Source of the DNA: an uncultured Alphaproteobacteria bacterium
GTDB lineage: Bacteria > Pseudomonadota > Alphaproteobacteria > Rhizobiales > Methyloligellaceae
Direction of reading: 5' to 3'
Assembly: GCA_963825835.1 (NCBI GenBank)
Contig: CAWGVA010000010.1
Span: forward strand, 26,990-90,989
DNA length: 64,000 bases
Under the pieces are notes generated by a model. It was not told the origin of the DNA. It did not search any database and was given only the letters and a program-made list of their open reading frames with translations. The position numbers were made by a program, and so were the translations under genes. Position 1 is the first letter of the stretch. The number at the start of each line of letters is the position of its first letter. Of the stretch, positions 55,438 to 64,000 are shown piece by piece.

Positions 55438-56994
55438 ATGACGGACCATCCGGACAAGGTGCTGATCGTCGATTTCGGCGCGCAATACACCCAGCTCATC
55501 GCGCGGCGGGTGCGGGAAGCGGGCGTCTATTCGGAGATCGTGCCCTTCGACAAGGCCGAGGCTGCGCTCAAGCCGGTTCTCCCCAAGGCTATCATTCTCT
55601 CCGGCGGGCCGGCATCGGTGCACGAGACCGGCACGCCGCAGCTGTCGGCAGCCATCGCCAATTCAGGCGTGCCCATCCTCGGCATCTGCTATGGCGAGCA
55701 GGCGATGGTGGCTGCCCTTGGCGGCCAGGTGGAAGGCGGTCACACCCGCGAGTTCGGCCGTGCCGAACTCGAGATCACCGGCGACACGCCGCTGTTCCAC
55801 GATGTGTGGCGGCCGGGAACGCGGGCGCCGGTGTGGATGAGCCATGGCGATCGCGTCAGCAAACTTCCCGAGGGCTTCCGCGCTGTGGCAGTGTCAAACG
55901 GCGCGCCGTTCGCGGCCATCGCTGACGACGCCCGCAAGCTTTATGGCGTACAGTTCCATCCGGAGGTCGTGCATACGCCTGACGGTGCCAAACTCATCGC
56001 CAATTTCGTGCATGCAATAGCAGGCTGCCCCGGCGATTGGTCGATGGCGCAGTTCCGCGCCTCCGAAATCGCGCGCATCAGGAGTCAGGTCGGGGAGGGC
56101 CGCGTGATCTGCGGGCTCTCGGGCGGGGTCGACTCTGCCGTCGCGGCGCTGCTCATCCACGAAGCGATCGGCGATCAGCTCACCTGCATCTTCGTCGATC
56201 ATGGGCTGCTCCGCGAGAACGAGGCGCGTGAGGTGGTCGATCTCTTTCGCGGCCACTACAACATTCCGCTGATCGCCGTTGATGCTGGCGCGCGCTTCCT
56301 CGCCGGGCTTCGTGGCGTCACCGACCCTGAGGAGAAGCGCAAGACCATCGGCCGCCTGTTCGTTGAGGTGTTCGAGAACGAAGCCGACAAGCTCGGCAAG
56401 GTCGATTTCCTCGCGCAAGGCACGCTCTATCCCGACGTGATCGAGAGCGTGTCCTTCTCTGGCGGACCGTCGGCGACCATCAAGTCGCACCATAATGTGG
56501 GCGGCCTGCCTGAGCGTATGCGGCTCAAGCTGATCGAGCCGTTGCGCGAGTTGTTCAAGGACGAGGTGAGGGCGCTCGGCCGCGAGCTTGGGTTGCCGCC
56601 GGTCTTCGTCAACCGCCATCCCTTCCCGGGGCCCGGGCTCGCCATCCGCGTGCCCGGCGAAGTGACCGAGGAGAAGCTCGCCATCCTGCGGCGCGCCGAC
56701 GCCATCTATCTCGACGAGATCAGGAAGGCCGGCCTCTACGACACGATCTGGCAGGCTTTCGCCGTGCTGCTCCCGGTGCGCACCGTCGGCGTCATGGGCG
56801 ATGCGCGCACCTACGACTATGTATGCGCGCTTCGCGCCGTCACCTCGACCGACGGCATGACCGCCGACTACTACGATTTCTCCCACGACTTTTTGGGCCA
56901 CGCGGCGCGGCGCATCATCAACGAGGTGCGCGGCATCAACCGCGTCGTCTACGACATCACCTCCAAGCCGCCGGGCACCATCGAGTGGGAGTAG
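55438..56994 (+). CDS. guaA: Glutamine-hydrolysing GMP synthase
   Basis: GATase domain (ILGICYGEQ), ATP-PPase SGGVDSAV P-loop and C-terminal ..KPPGTIEWE. Confidence 0.95.
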   Translation: MTDHPDKVLIVDFGAQYTQLIARRVREAGVYSEIVPFDKAEAALKPVLPKAIILSGGPASVHETGTPQLSAAIANSGVPILGICYGEQAMVAALGGQVEGGHTREFGRAELEITGDTPLFHDVWRPGTRAPVWMSHGDRVSKLPEGFRAVAVSNGAPFAAIADDARKLYGVQFHPEVVHTPDGAKLIANFVHAIAGCPGDWSMAQFRASEIARIRSQVGEGRVICGLSGGVDSAVAALLIHEAIGDQLTCIFVDHGLLRENEAREVVDLFRGHYNIPLIAVDAGARFLAGLRGVTDPEEKRKTIGRLFVEVFENEADKLGKVDFLAQGTLYPDVIESVSFSGGPSATIKSHHNVGGLPERMRLKLIEPLRELFKDEVRALGRELGLPPVFVNRHPFPGPGLAIRVPGEVTEEKLAILRRADAIYLDEIRKAGLYDTIWQAFAVLLPVRTVGVMGDARTYDYVCALRAVTSTDGMTADYYDFSHDFLGHAARRIINEVRGINRVVYDITSKPPGTIEWE

Positions 56995-57125
56995 GTAATA
57001 TACGAGTCTCAAGACGCCGACGGCCTTCCCGACGTTGCGTTTGGCGCACTGCAATATCGCCGTCACAACAATGACGCAGGCGCATCCGATTCTGGCGCGA
57101 GGTCACAAAGATTCGGAGACAAGCC

Positions 57126-57665
57126 ATGTTGAAGAAAATCCTGATTGCGCTTGCCGCGATCATCGCCGTCTTCCTGATCGTCGTCGCGCTGCAGCCGTCC
57201 GAATTCCATGTCGAGCGGACGGCGACCATTACGGCCCCGCCGGCGACGGTGTTCGATCAGGTCAACGACTTCCACAAATGGGACGCGTGGTCGCCCTGGG
57301 CCAAGCTCGATCCCAATGCCAAGATCGCGTTCGAAGGGCCGCCGTCAGGCACCGGCACGATCATGACCTGGGCCGGCAACAACCAGGTGGGCGAGGGGAA
57401 AATGACGCTCACCGAGAGCCGCCCCAATGAGCTCGTGAAGATCAATGTCGATATCGTGAAGCCGATGGAAGGCTCCAGCACCTCGGAGTTTGCCTTCAAG
57501 CCCGAGGGCGATCAGACCGCGGTGACGTGGAGCATGTCAGGCCATCAAAATTTTATTGCCAAGGCAATGTGCCTGGTGATGAACGGCAAGAAGATGATGT
57601 CCGACATCATGGACAAGGGGCTCGCCAACATGAAATCTGTGGTGGAAGGGGCGAGCAAGACGTAA
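57126..57665 (+). CDS. SRPBCC (START/polyketide-cyclase-like) family protein with N-terminal TM
   Basis: 179 aa. N-terminal anchor ILIALAAIIAVFLIVVAL, then the typical SRPBCC beta-grip pattern (ERTATITAPPATVFDQVNDFHKWDAWSPW). Confidence 0.7.
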   Translation: MLKKILIALAAIIAVFLIVVALQPSEFHVERTATITAPPATVFDQVNDFHKWDAWSPWAKLDPNAKIAFEGPPSGTGTIMTWAGNNQVGEGKMTLTESRPNELVKINVDIVKPMEGSSTSEFAFKPEGDQTAVTWSMSGHQNFIAKAMCLVMNGKKMMSDIMDKGLANMKSVVEGASKT

Positions 57666-57676
57666 AGCTTTCGGCA

Positions 57677-58246
57677 ATGACCCTGCTCATCATCGGCATC
57701 ATCGTCATGATCGGTATCCATCTGGTGCCGGCCTTCCCGGACGTGCGCGAGAGGCTGATCGGACAGCTCGGCCAGAACGGCTACCGGCTTCTGTTCTCGG
57801 TGGTCTCGACCCTCGGCCTGGTCTTGCTGATCTGGGGTTTCGCCCGCGCGCCCGTCATTCAGGTCTGGGTGCCGCCCGACTGGACGCGCTACGTAGCCAT
57901 GGTGCTGATGCTGCCGGTGTTCGTCCTGCTCATCGCCGCCTATGTGCCTGGTCAGATCAAGGCCAAGGTGAAGAACCCCTTCTTGGACGCGATCAGCACC
58001 TGGGCGCTCGCCCATCTCATCGCCAATGGCGACCTCGCCTCGATCATCCTGTTCGGCTCGTTCCTCGTTTATTCTGTCTTCGACCGTATCGCGCTGAAGC
58101 GCCGCCCCGCGACCGGGCTCGTCACGGTTGCGGAAACCGGGCAGGGGCGCAACGACGTGATCGCCGTGGTTGGAGGGCTGCTGCTCTACGTGGCCTTTCT
58201 CGTCTGGCTGCACCCGCTGTTGATCGGGACCTCGCCCTTGCCCTGA
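57677..58246 (+). CDS. NnrU family membrane protein
   Basis: MTLLIIGIIVMIGIHLVP..., 5 TM, and ..WALAHLIANGDLASIILFGSFL.. as in NnrU. The track ORF from 57527 overlaps the previous gene. Confidence 0.7.
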   Translation: MTLLIIGIIVMIGIHLVPAFPDVRERLIGQLGQNGYRLLFSVVSTLGLVLLIWGFARAPVIQVWVPPDWTRYVAMVLMLPVFVLLIAAYVPGQIKAKVKNPFLDAISTWALAHLIANGDLASIILFGSFLVYSVFDRIALKRRPATGLVTVAETGQGRNDVIAVVGGLLLYVAFLVWLHPLLIGTSPLP

Positions 58247-58417
58247 TGGAAAAATCCAACAAGAACCGTAGGTTACTTCGATTTTCGGTCAAGACGAAAG
58301 AAAGGGTGGCAAGGCCCCTGAGGGCTTCCCGGCTAGACCAAGGGAGGGTGCATACCGCGCGCTTTTGCGCTGCAAAAATCCCCATATATCTGGCATAAGA
58401 CGTGAAAAGTCTTTGGC

Positions 58418-59302
58418 TTGCTTTTCTTGGGAGCTCGGAACGTGTCGGGTGAATTCAGCTTCAAGCGGGTGACCGCGCCGGACATCGCCAAACGCAAAGG
58501 CGGGGCGCCGATCGTGGCGCTCACCGCCTATCATGCGCACACCGCGCGCATCATCGACCCTTACGTCGACATGCTGCTCGTTGGCGACTCGCTCGGCATG
58601 GTGATGCATGGTTACGAGACCACGGTGCCCGTGCCTCTCGAGTTGATGATCATGCATGCGCAGGCCGTGGTGCGCGGCTCCTCCCGCTCGCTCGTGGTCG
58701 TGGACATGCCTTTCGGCTCTTATGAGGAGAGCCCATCGGAAGCATTCCGCAACGCCGCGCGGGTGATGAAGGAAACCGGCTGCGGCGCCATCAAGATCGA
58801 GGGTGGGGCTCATATGGCTGAGACCATCCGCTATCTCACCGATCGCGGCATCCCGGTCATGAGTCATATCGGCATGACGCCGCAAGCCGTGAATACGATC
58901 GGCAGCTTCAAGCCGCGCGGACGGTTCCGCTCGGAATGGGCCGCGTTCGAGGAGGACGCGCGCGCGGTTGCCGAAGCCGGTGCCTTCGCCGTCGTGCTCG
59001 AGGCTCTCGCCGAGCTGCTCGCCGCGCGCATCACCAAGCAGATTTCCATTCCCACCATCGGCATCGGGGCCTCCGCCGAATGCGACGGACAGATCCTCGT
59101 GCTCGAGGACATGCTGGGCTTGAGTCCACGCGTGCCGAAATTCGTCAAGGAGTACGCGCAGATCGGTGAGGCCATCGAGACCGCGGTAAAGGCTTACGCG
59201 AATGAGGTTCGCGGCCGCGTGTTCCCATCCGACGCCTACACCTATCCGATGTGCGACGAGCCGGCACCAGTCACGAAAAAGCCCAAAATGACAGGCAGTT
59301 AG
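58418..59302 (+). CDS. panB: 3-methyl-2-oxobutanoate hydroxymethyltransferase
   Basis: [23 protein letters not shown].., [10 protein letters not shown] and IKIEGG motifs. The true start may be the GTG at 58442. Confidence 0.9.
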   Translation: MLFLGARNVSGEFSFKRVTAPDIAKRKGGAPIVALTAYHAHTARIIDPYVDMLLVGDSLGMVMHGYETTVPVPLELMIMHAQAVVRGSSRSLVVVDMPFGSYEESPSEAFRNAARVMKETGCGAIKIEGGAHMAETIRYLTDRGIPVMSHIGMTPQAVNTIGSFKPRGRFRSEWAAFEEDARAVAEAGAFAVVLEALAELLAARITKQISIPTIGIGASAECDGQILVLEDMLGLSPRVPKFVKEYAQIGEAIETAVKAYANEVRGRVFPSDAYTYPMCDEPAPVTKKPKMTGS

Positions 59303-59465
59303 CCCGTCCAGCGCATCGGTATTGCTTGAGCCTAACGGCTCGCGCACGGGGCGAGAGTGCCTTGCGCGAGCACCACGCCTTCACTATACGGCGGAGGGGA
59401 GGAGCGGGCCGGCGTCTGCTTCCGGAACCTGTCCCTAGTCGTCACGACAAAAGAGTTCGCCGCCA

Positions 59466-60146
59466 ATGAGCGACCGTGATTTTTTTCGCGAGGTGGACGA
59501 GGCCGTCCGCCAAGACCGCTACAAAGAGCTGTGGGACAAATACGGCGTCTATGCCTTGATCGCGGCGGGAGTGATCGTGGCGGCGGTGGCCGGCTTCAAG
59601 GCTTGGACCTATTGGCAGGAGCGCAAGGCGCAGGAAGCCGGCACTGAATTCAGCCAAGCGGTCACGCAACTCGAAGGCGGCGAAGCGGCCAAGGCGCGCG
59701 ACGCTCTCAATGCCTTGGCCGAGAAGGGGCCACCCGGGTATAGCGTGCTCGCGCGATTCCAGCTCGCTGCCGCGGAGGCGCAAGCCGGAAATACCGATAA
59801 GGCGGTTGCGGACTACGATGCCCTCGCCACGGATTCCGGCACGGACAATATTCTGAAGGGACTGGCCACGATTCAGGCGGCGACGCTGCGACTTGACACC
59901 GCCGACTACGCGGAGATGGAGCGGCGCCTCAAAGGGCTGATCGAGGAGGGAAGCCCCTGGCGATATTCGGCGCGGGAACTGCTCGGGCTTTCGGCCTACA
60001 GGCTGAACAAGATGCCTGATGCCGAGAAACAATTCAGCACGCTCATCGCCGATCAGGGAACGCCTCAAAATTTGCGCGAACGTGCCGATATGTTGCTGGC
60101 GCTCATCGTAGGCGTGCCGCAGGCGTTGAGCACCACGGCGAAGTAG
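59466..60146 (+). CDS. YfgM-like TPR membrane protein
   Basis: N-terminal FFREVDEAVRQDRYKELW plus a single TM, then TPR-like helices. Conserved position upstream of bamB-der. Confidence 0.65.
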   Translation: MSDRDFFREVDEAVRQDRYKELWDKYGVYALIAAGVIVAAVAGFKAWTYWQERKAQEAGTEFSQAVTQLEGGEAAKARDALNALAEKGPPGYSVLARFQLAAAEAQAGNTDKAVADYDALATDSGTDNILKGLATIQAATLRLDTADYAEMERRLKGLIEEGSPWRYSARELLGLSAYRLNKMPDAEKQFSTLIADQGTPQNLRERADMLLALIVGVPQALSTTAK

Positions 60147-60160
60147 CGCTTAAAACGAAG

Positions 60161-61522
60161 GTGGCTCTAAAAGTGGGCCCGATTCGCATACGGGGAAGCG
60201 ATAGTCATTTTTGGCGCGGGTGCCTTGCGGCGTTGCTCGTCGCGAGCCTCACTGCCTGCTCGGCTGGACTGCCCTCGCTGCCGAGCATCAAAAATCCCTT
60301 TAAGAAGAAGGAAGAGACGCTGCCGGGCGAGCGCATTGCCGTGATTACCGATCAGAGCCTCGAGGCCCCCGATCCCGCCGCCGCGGGGAAGCCCATAGCC
60401 TTGCCTCCGCCGGTGGCCAATGCGTCGTGGGCAGAGCCTGGGGGCAGTCCCTCCAACAGTCTCGGCCATCTTGCTCTCGGCGATCGCTTGAACAAGGCCT
60501 GGCGGGTGGATATCGGCACTGGCTCTTCATCCAGCGGACGCCTCAGCGCGGTCCCGCTTGTCGCCGATGGCAAGGTGTACACTCTCGATGCCGGGGGCAC
60601 GGTATCGGCCTTCTCCGCCTCGGGGGGCGGTAAGGTGTGGGGCACGAGCGTGACGCCGAAGAACGAGAAGCGGGCGGAAGGCTTCGGCGGCGGTCTCGCG
60701 CTCGACAGCGGGCGGCTCTACGTCACCACGGGATACGGCACCGTCGTCGGCATCGACCCGGCGAAGGGAACCGTGCTGTGGACGCAGAAGGTCGGCGAGC
60801 CGGTGCGCTCATCGCCCACTGCGTCGGGCGGCAAAGTCTATTTCGTGTCGACCGATAGCGTGTTGCACTGCCTCGACGGCAATGACGGCCAGGAGCTGTG
60901 GACCGCGCGCGGCGTGCCTGAGCCGGCGACGCTGCTTTCCAATGTGAGCCCGGCGGTGGGGCAGGGGTTGGTGGTTGCGGCGTTCCCGGCGGGAGACATC
61001 ACCGCTTTTGGGGTCGGCAGCGGGCAACCCGCTTGGCGAGAGTCGCTCGCACGCACCAGCGAGACGAGCGCCGCAGGCATTCTCGCCGATCCGGCGCGGC
61101 CGGTGATCGATAGGGGCGTTGTGTTCGCGGTCGGGCACGGCGGCAGGATGATTGCGGTGTCGGAATCGTCGGGCGAGCGGCTGTGGAGCAGGAACGTGAC
61201 AAGCACGCAGATGCCGTATTCCGCCGGGGACGCCGTCTTCGTCGTCGACGTGAACGGCAAGCTGATGGCGCTTTCACGCGCCGACGGCAAGGTCCGCTGG
61301 ATCACCCAGCTTCCCGGCACGGCGCGGTGGAATGGGCCGGTGCTCGCCGGCGGCAAGCTCTGGGTGGTCTCGACGGACGGCTCGCTCGTGGCGGTGGACG
61401 CGCGAAGCGGCCAGGTCGCAAGCACGACCCCTCTCGGCGCCAAGGTCTTCGTCTCGCCGGTTGTGGCCGGCGGCCGCATGTATATTCTGGCCGACAACGC
61501 CACGCTGATCGCTCTCAACTAG
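60161..61522 (+). CDS. bamB: Outer-membrane protein assembly factor BamB (PQQ-like beta-propeller lipoprotein)
   Basis: Lipobox LVASLTAC and repeated PQQ-like blades (..G.VYV....G.L.ALD..TG...W). Synteny with der. Confidence 0.8.
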   Translation: MALKVGPIRIRGSDSHFWRGCLAALLVASLTACSAGLPSLPSIKNPFKKKEETLPGERIAVITDQSLEAPDPAAAGKPIALPPPVANASWAEPGGSPSNSLGHLALGDRLNKAWRVDIGTGSSSSGRLSAVPLVADGKVYTLDAGGTVSAFSASGGGKVWGTSVTPKNEKRAEGFGGGLALDSGRLYVTTGYGTVVGIDPAKGTVLWTQKVGEPVRSSPTASGGKVYFVSTDSVLHCLDGNDGQELWTARGVPEPATLLSNVSPAVGQGLVVAAFPAGDITAFGVGSGQPAWRESLARTSETSAAGILADPARPVIDRGVVFAVGHGGRMIAVSESSGERLWSRNVTSTQMPYSAGDAVFVVDVNGKLMALSRADGKVRWITQLPGTARWNGPVLAGGKLWVVSTDGSLVAVDARSGQVASTTPLGAKVFVSPVVAGGRMYILADNATLIALN

Positions 61523-61570
61523 CATAGCCACGGGAGCGGTCAGGCTCGTCTCACGCTCCGGTCCCGCCTC

Positions 61571-62932
61571 ATGCCCTTCACCATCGCCATCGTAGGACGG
61601 CCGAATGTCGGCAAGTCGACGCTTTTCAACCGGCTCGCCGGCAAGCGCCTGGCGCTCGTCGACGATCAGCCGGGATTGACCCGCGACCGGCGGGAGGCTG
61701 ATACGGAGCTTGGAACAACCGCGGTCAGGCTGATCGACACCGCGGGGCTCGAGCACGGCGATGCGGGTCTCACCGCCCGCATGCGCGAGCAGACCGTGGC
61801 CGCCATCAAGCAGGCCGACCTCGTCGTCTTTCTAATCGATGCGCGGGCGGGCATTGTCGCTGCCGACGAGATCTTCGCAGAATTGGTGCGGGCATCGGGG
61901 AAGCCCGTGATCCTGGCCGCCAACAAATGCGAGGGGCGCGCGGCGGAGCCAGGTCTCTACGAAGCGTTTTCGCTGGGCCTTGGCGAGCCGCTGCCGATCT
62001 CAGCTGAGCACGCCCTCGGCATTGGCGAGCTGAGCGACGCCATCCAGCAGGCCGCCAGCAGTCAAGATGGCGGCGCTCAGATCGAGGAGGCGCCTGGCGA
62101 AGAGGACGAGGGTACCGCCCATCCGCTTCGCATCGCCGTGGTCGGGCGTCCCAATGTCGGCAAATCCACGTTGGTGAATACGATTCTCGGCGAGGAGCGC
62201 CTGATCACCGGACCTGAAGCCGGAATCACGCGCGACGCCATTGCCGTCGACCTCGAGCGGCAGGGCAGGGCGCTCAGGCTGTTCGACACCGCAGGCTTGC
62301 GGCGCAAGATGCGGATGGAAGGAACGGCGGAAGGGCTCTCCGTCGGCGACACCCTGCGTGCCATCAGATTTGCGGAAGTCGTCGTGCTGTTGCTCGATGC
62401 CGAGCGGCCCTTCGAGAAGCAGGATCTGCAGATCGCCGATCTCATTTTCGAGGAGGGAAGGGCCCTCGTCATCGCCGTCAACAAATGGGACCTGGTGCGA
62501 GCGCCGCAAGCGCGGCTCGCCGAGTTGCGAGAGACCTGCGAGCGGCTTCTGCCGCAGATCAAGGGCGTTGCCTTCGTCCCCGTCTCCGCGCTTACCGGCA
62601 AGGGCATCGATAAGCTCTTGTGCGCCGTGCTCGCGGCCGACGCGCTGTGGAATAAGCGGCTACCCACGCACGCGCTCAATCAATGGCTGAGAGAGGCGGT
62701 CGAAACGCATTCGCCGCCCGCGGTCTCGGGACGGCGCATCAAGCTCAGATACATCACTGAGAGCAATGCACGGCCTCCCACCTTCGTGCTGTTCTGCTCG
62801 CGTCCGAAGGCGCTCCCCGACTCCTATGTGCGCTATCTCGTCAATGCCTTGCGGGAGACATTCGACCTTCCCGGCGTGCCGATCAGGCTGCATCTGCGCA
62901 AGGGGGAGAACCCTTACGCCAAGGGAGAATGA
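61571..62932 (+). CDS. der: Ribosome-associated GTPase Der/EngA
   Basis: Two G domains (GRPNVGKST twice, DTAG twice, NKCE/NKWD) plus a KH-like C-terminus. Confidence 0.95.
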   Translation: MPFTIAIVGRPNVGKSTLFNRLAGKRLALVDDQPGLTRDRREADTELGTTAVRLIDTAGLEHGDAGLTARMREQTVAAIKQADLVVFLIDARAGIVAADEIFAELVRASGKPVILAANKCEGRAAEPGLYEAFSLGLGEPLPISAEHALGIGELSDAIQQAASSQDGGAQIEEAPGEEDEGTAHPLRIAVVGRPNVGKSTLVNTILGEERLITGPEAGITRDAIAVDLERQGRALRLFDTAGLRRKMRMEGTAEGLSVGDTLRAIRFAEVVVLLLDAERPFEKQDLQIADLIFEEGRALVIAVNKWDLVRAPQARLAELRETCERLLPQIKGVAFVPVSALTGKGIDKLLCAVLAADALWNKRLPTHALNQWLREAVETHSPPAVSGRRIKLRYITESNARPPTFVLFCSRPKALPDSYVRYLVNALRETFDLPGVPIRLHLRKGENPYAKGE

Positions 62933-62938
62933 CGGCAG

Positions 62939-63400
62939 ATGAGCGACGGCGCGACCGAAGTCTATTTCTACCATCTCGAGCGGCGGACGCTGGAGGAGGT
63001 GCTGCCAACGCTGCTCGAGCGCTCGCTGGAACGCGGGTGGCGCGCCACGGTCCAAGCCGCGAGCGAGGAGCGAGTCGAGGCGCTCGACACGCTGCTTTGG
63101 ACCTATCGCGAGGAGAGCTTCCTTGCCCATGGCAGGGCGCGGGACGGCTTCGCCGAGGCGCAACCCATTTACCTTACCGCCGGCGGCGACAATCCCAACG
63201 GGGCGCAGGTTCGCTTCCTGGTCGACGGCGCGAAGCTTGACGATGCCGCGCCATATGCCCGTGTGGTTTACGTGTTCGACGGGCGCGATGAAGCTGCGGT
63301 GAGCCAGGCCCGCGCGGCGTGGCAGAACGCCAAGGCGCAAGGCTTGAGCGTCAGTTACTGGCAGCAGGATGCGGGAGGGCGCTGGCAGCAAAAGGCGTGA
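62939..63400 (+). CDS. holC: DNA polymerase III subunit chi
   Basis: VYFYHLERRTLEEVLPTLLERSLERGWR...LDTLLWTY is the typical chi N-terminus. 153 aa. Confidence 0.85.
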   Translation: MSDGATEVYFYHLERRTLEEVLPTLLERSLERGWRATVQAASEERVEALDTLLWTYREESFLAHGRARDGFAEAQPIYLTAGGDNPNGAQVRFLVDGAKLDDAAPYARVVYVFDGRDEAAVSQARAAWQNAKAQGLSVSYWQQDAGGRWQQKA

Positions 63401-63475
63401 CAGCGCCTTGTCGCTGTCATGGCTCGCCGCTATAAGCCCTCAAAACAATTCAAAGCCTTGAGGGACCCCGCCACC

Positions 63476-63898
63476 ATGGCCATTGAGCGTACGCTTTCGA
63501 TCATCAAGCCAGACGCCACCGAGCGCAATCTCACCGGGCAAATCATTGCCCGGCTCGAGGCTGCAGGTCTCCGAGTGATCGCGCAGAAGCGGATTTGGTG
63601 GAAGAAGAAGGACGCCAAGAAATTCTACGAGGTGCACAGGGGCCAGCCTTACTACAAGGACCTCATCGTGTTCATGACCTCCGGCCCCATCGTGGTGCAG
63701 GTGCTCGAAGGCGAGGATGCCATCGCCAAGAACCGCGAGGTGATGGGCGCGACCAACCCCGTCGATGCCGCGGCAGGCACCATCCGGAAGGATTTTGGCG
63801 TCAACCATCAGAAGAACTCGGTGCACGGCTCGGATAGCCCGGAAGCGGCGAAGAAGGAGATCGCCCTTTGCTTCAAGAAGGCCGAGATCGTGGGGTAG
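63476..63898 (+). CDS. ndk: Nucleoside-diphosphate kinase
   Basis: [14 protein letters not shown]..., and NSVHGSDS with the active-site His. 140 aa. The track start 63419 is an upstream extension. Confidence 0.95.
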   Translation: MAIERTLSIIKPDATERNLTGQIIARLEAAGLRVIAQKRIWWKKKDAKKFYEVHRGQPYYKDLIVFMTSGPIVVQVLEGEDAIAKNREVMGATNPVDAAAGTIRKDFGVNHQKNSVHGSDSPEAAKKEIALCFKKAEIVG

Positions 63899-63920
63899 CA
63901 CGGACATCGGGGCAGGCTGG

Positions 63921-64000
63921 CATGCTCAGATTTCGAGTCTACACGGCGGCGTGCGCCGCTATTTTTCTCACTGCATTAGCTGTCACAGTCACATCCGCGC
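63921..64000 (+). CDS. Start of an exported protein (3' end outside window)
   Basis: ATG followed by a signal-peptide-like MLRFRVYTAACAAIFLTALAVTVTSA. Only 26 codons are visible. Confidence 0.3.

Overview
High-G+C alphaproteobacterial chromosome segment, Hyphomicrobiales/Rhizobiales-like judging by DUF2865, psd-pssA, phasin and a MAGTSPAMT-type REP mosaic. About 52 kb is tightly packed core metabolism and housekeeping: nadE, gltX, cysS, cimA, psd-pssA, cysD-cysNC, ppx-like, rlmE, guaB, guaA, panB, bamB, der, holC and ndk. Many long overlapping or antisense ORFs in the track are GC-driven artefacts. The core is interrupted at about 23.25-35.64 kb by a visibly lower-G+C ~12.4 kb island sitting exactly between tRNA-Gln(CUG) and an atypical tRNA-Arg(UCG). 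The island carries a multiply frameshifted tyrosine integrase, a terminase-like fragment, small and membrane hypothetical ORFs, a TonB C-terminal domain protein, an orphan receiver domain and a PAP2-type phosphatase. The most unusual signal is a family of six same-orientation ~65-75 nt elements, each with a G-rich arm, a small inner hairpin and a C-rich arm. They occur only inside the island and I cannot assign them to any known RNA or repeat family from memory. The second candidate system is a translationally coupled 4-gene operon at 47.2-52.9 kb: KamA-type lysine 2,3-aminomutase, two D-Ala-D-Ala-ligase-like ATP-grasp enzymes and a GNAT-HDAC-GNAT tri-domain protein. Its product is not obvious. 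No CRISPR array, rRNA, intact IS or reverse transcriptase was seen. All calls come from reading the translations and sequence by eye; no searches were run.
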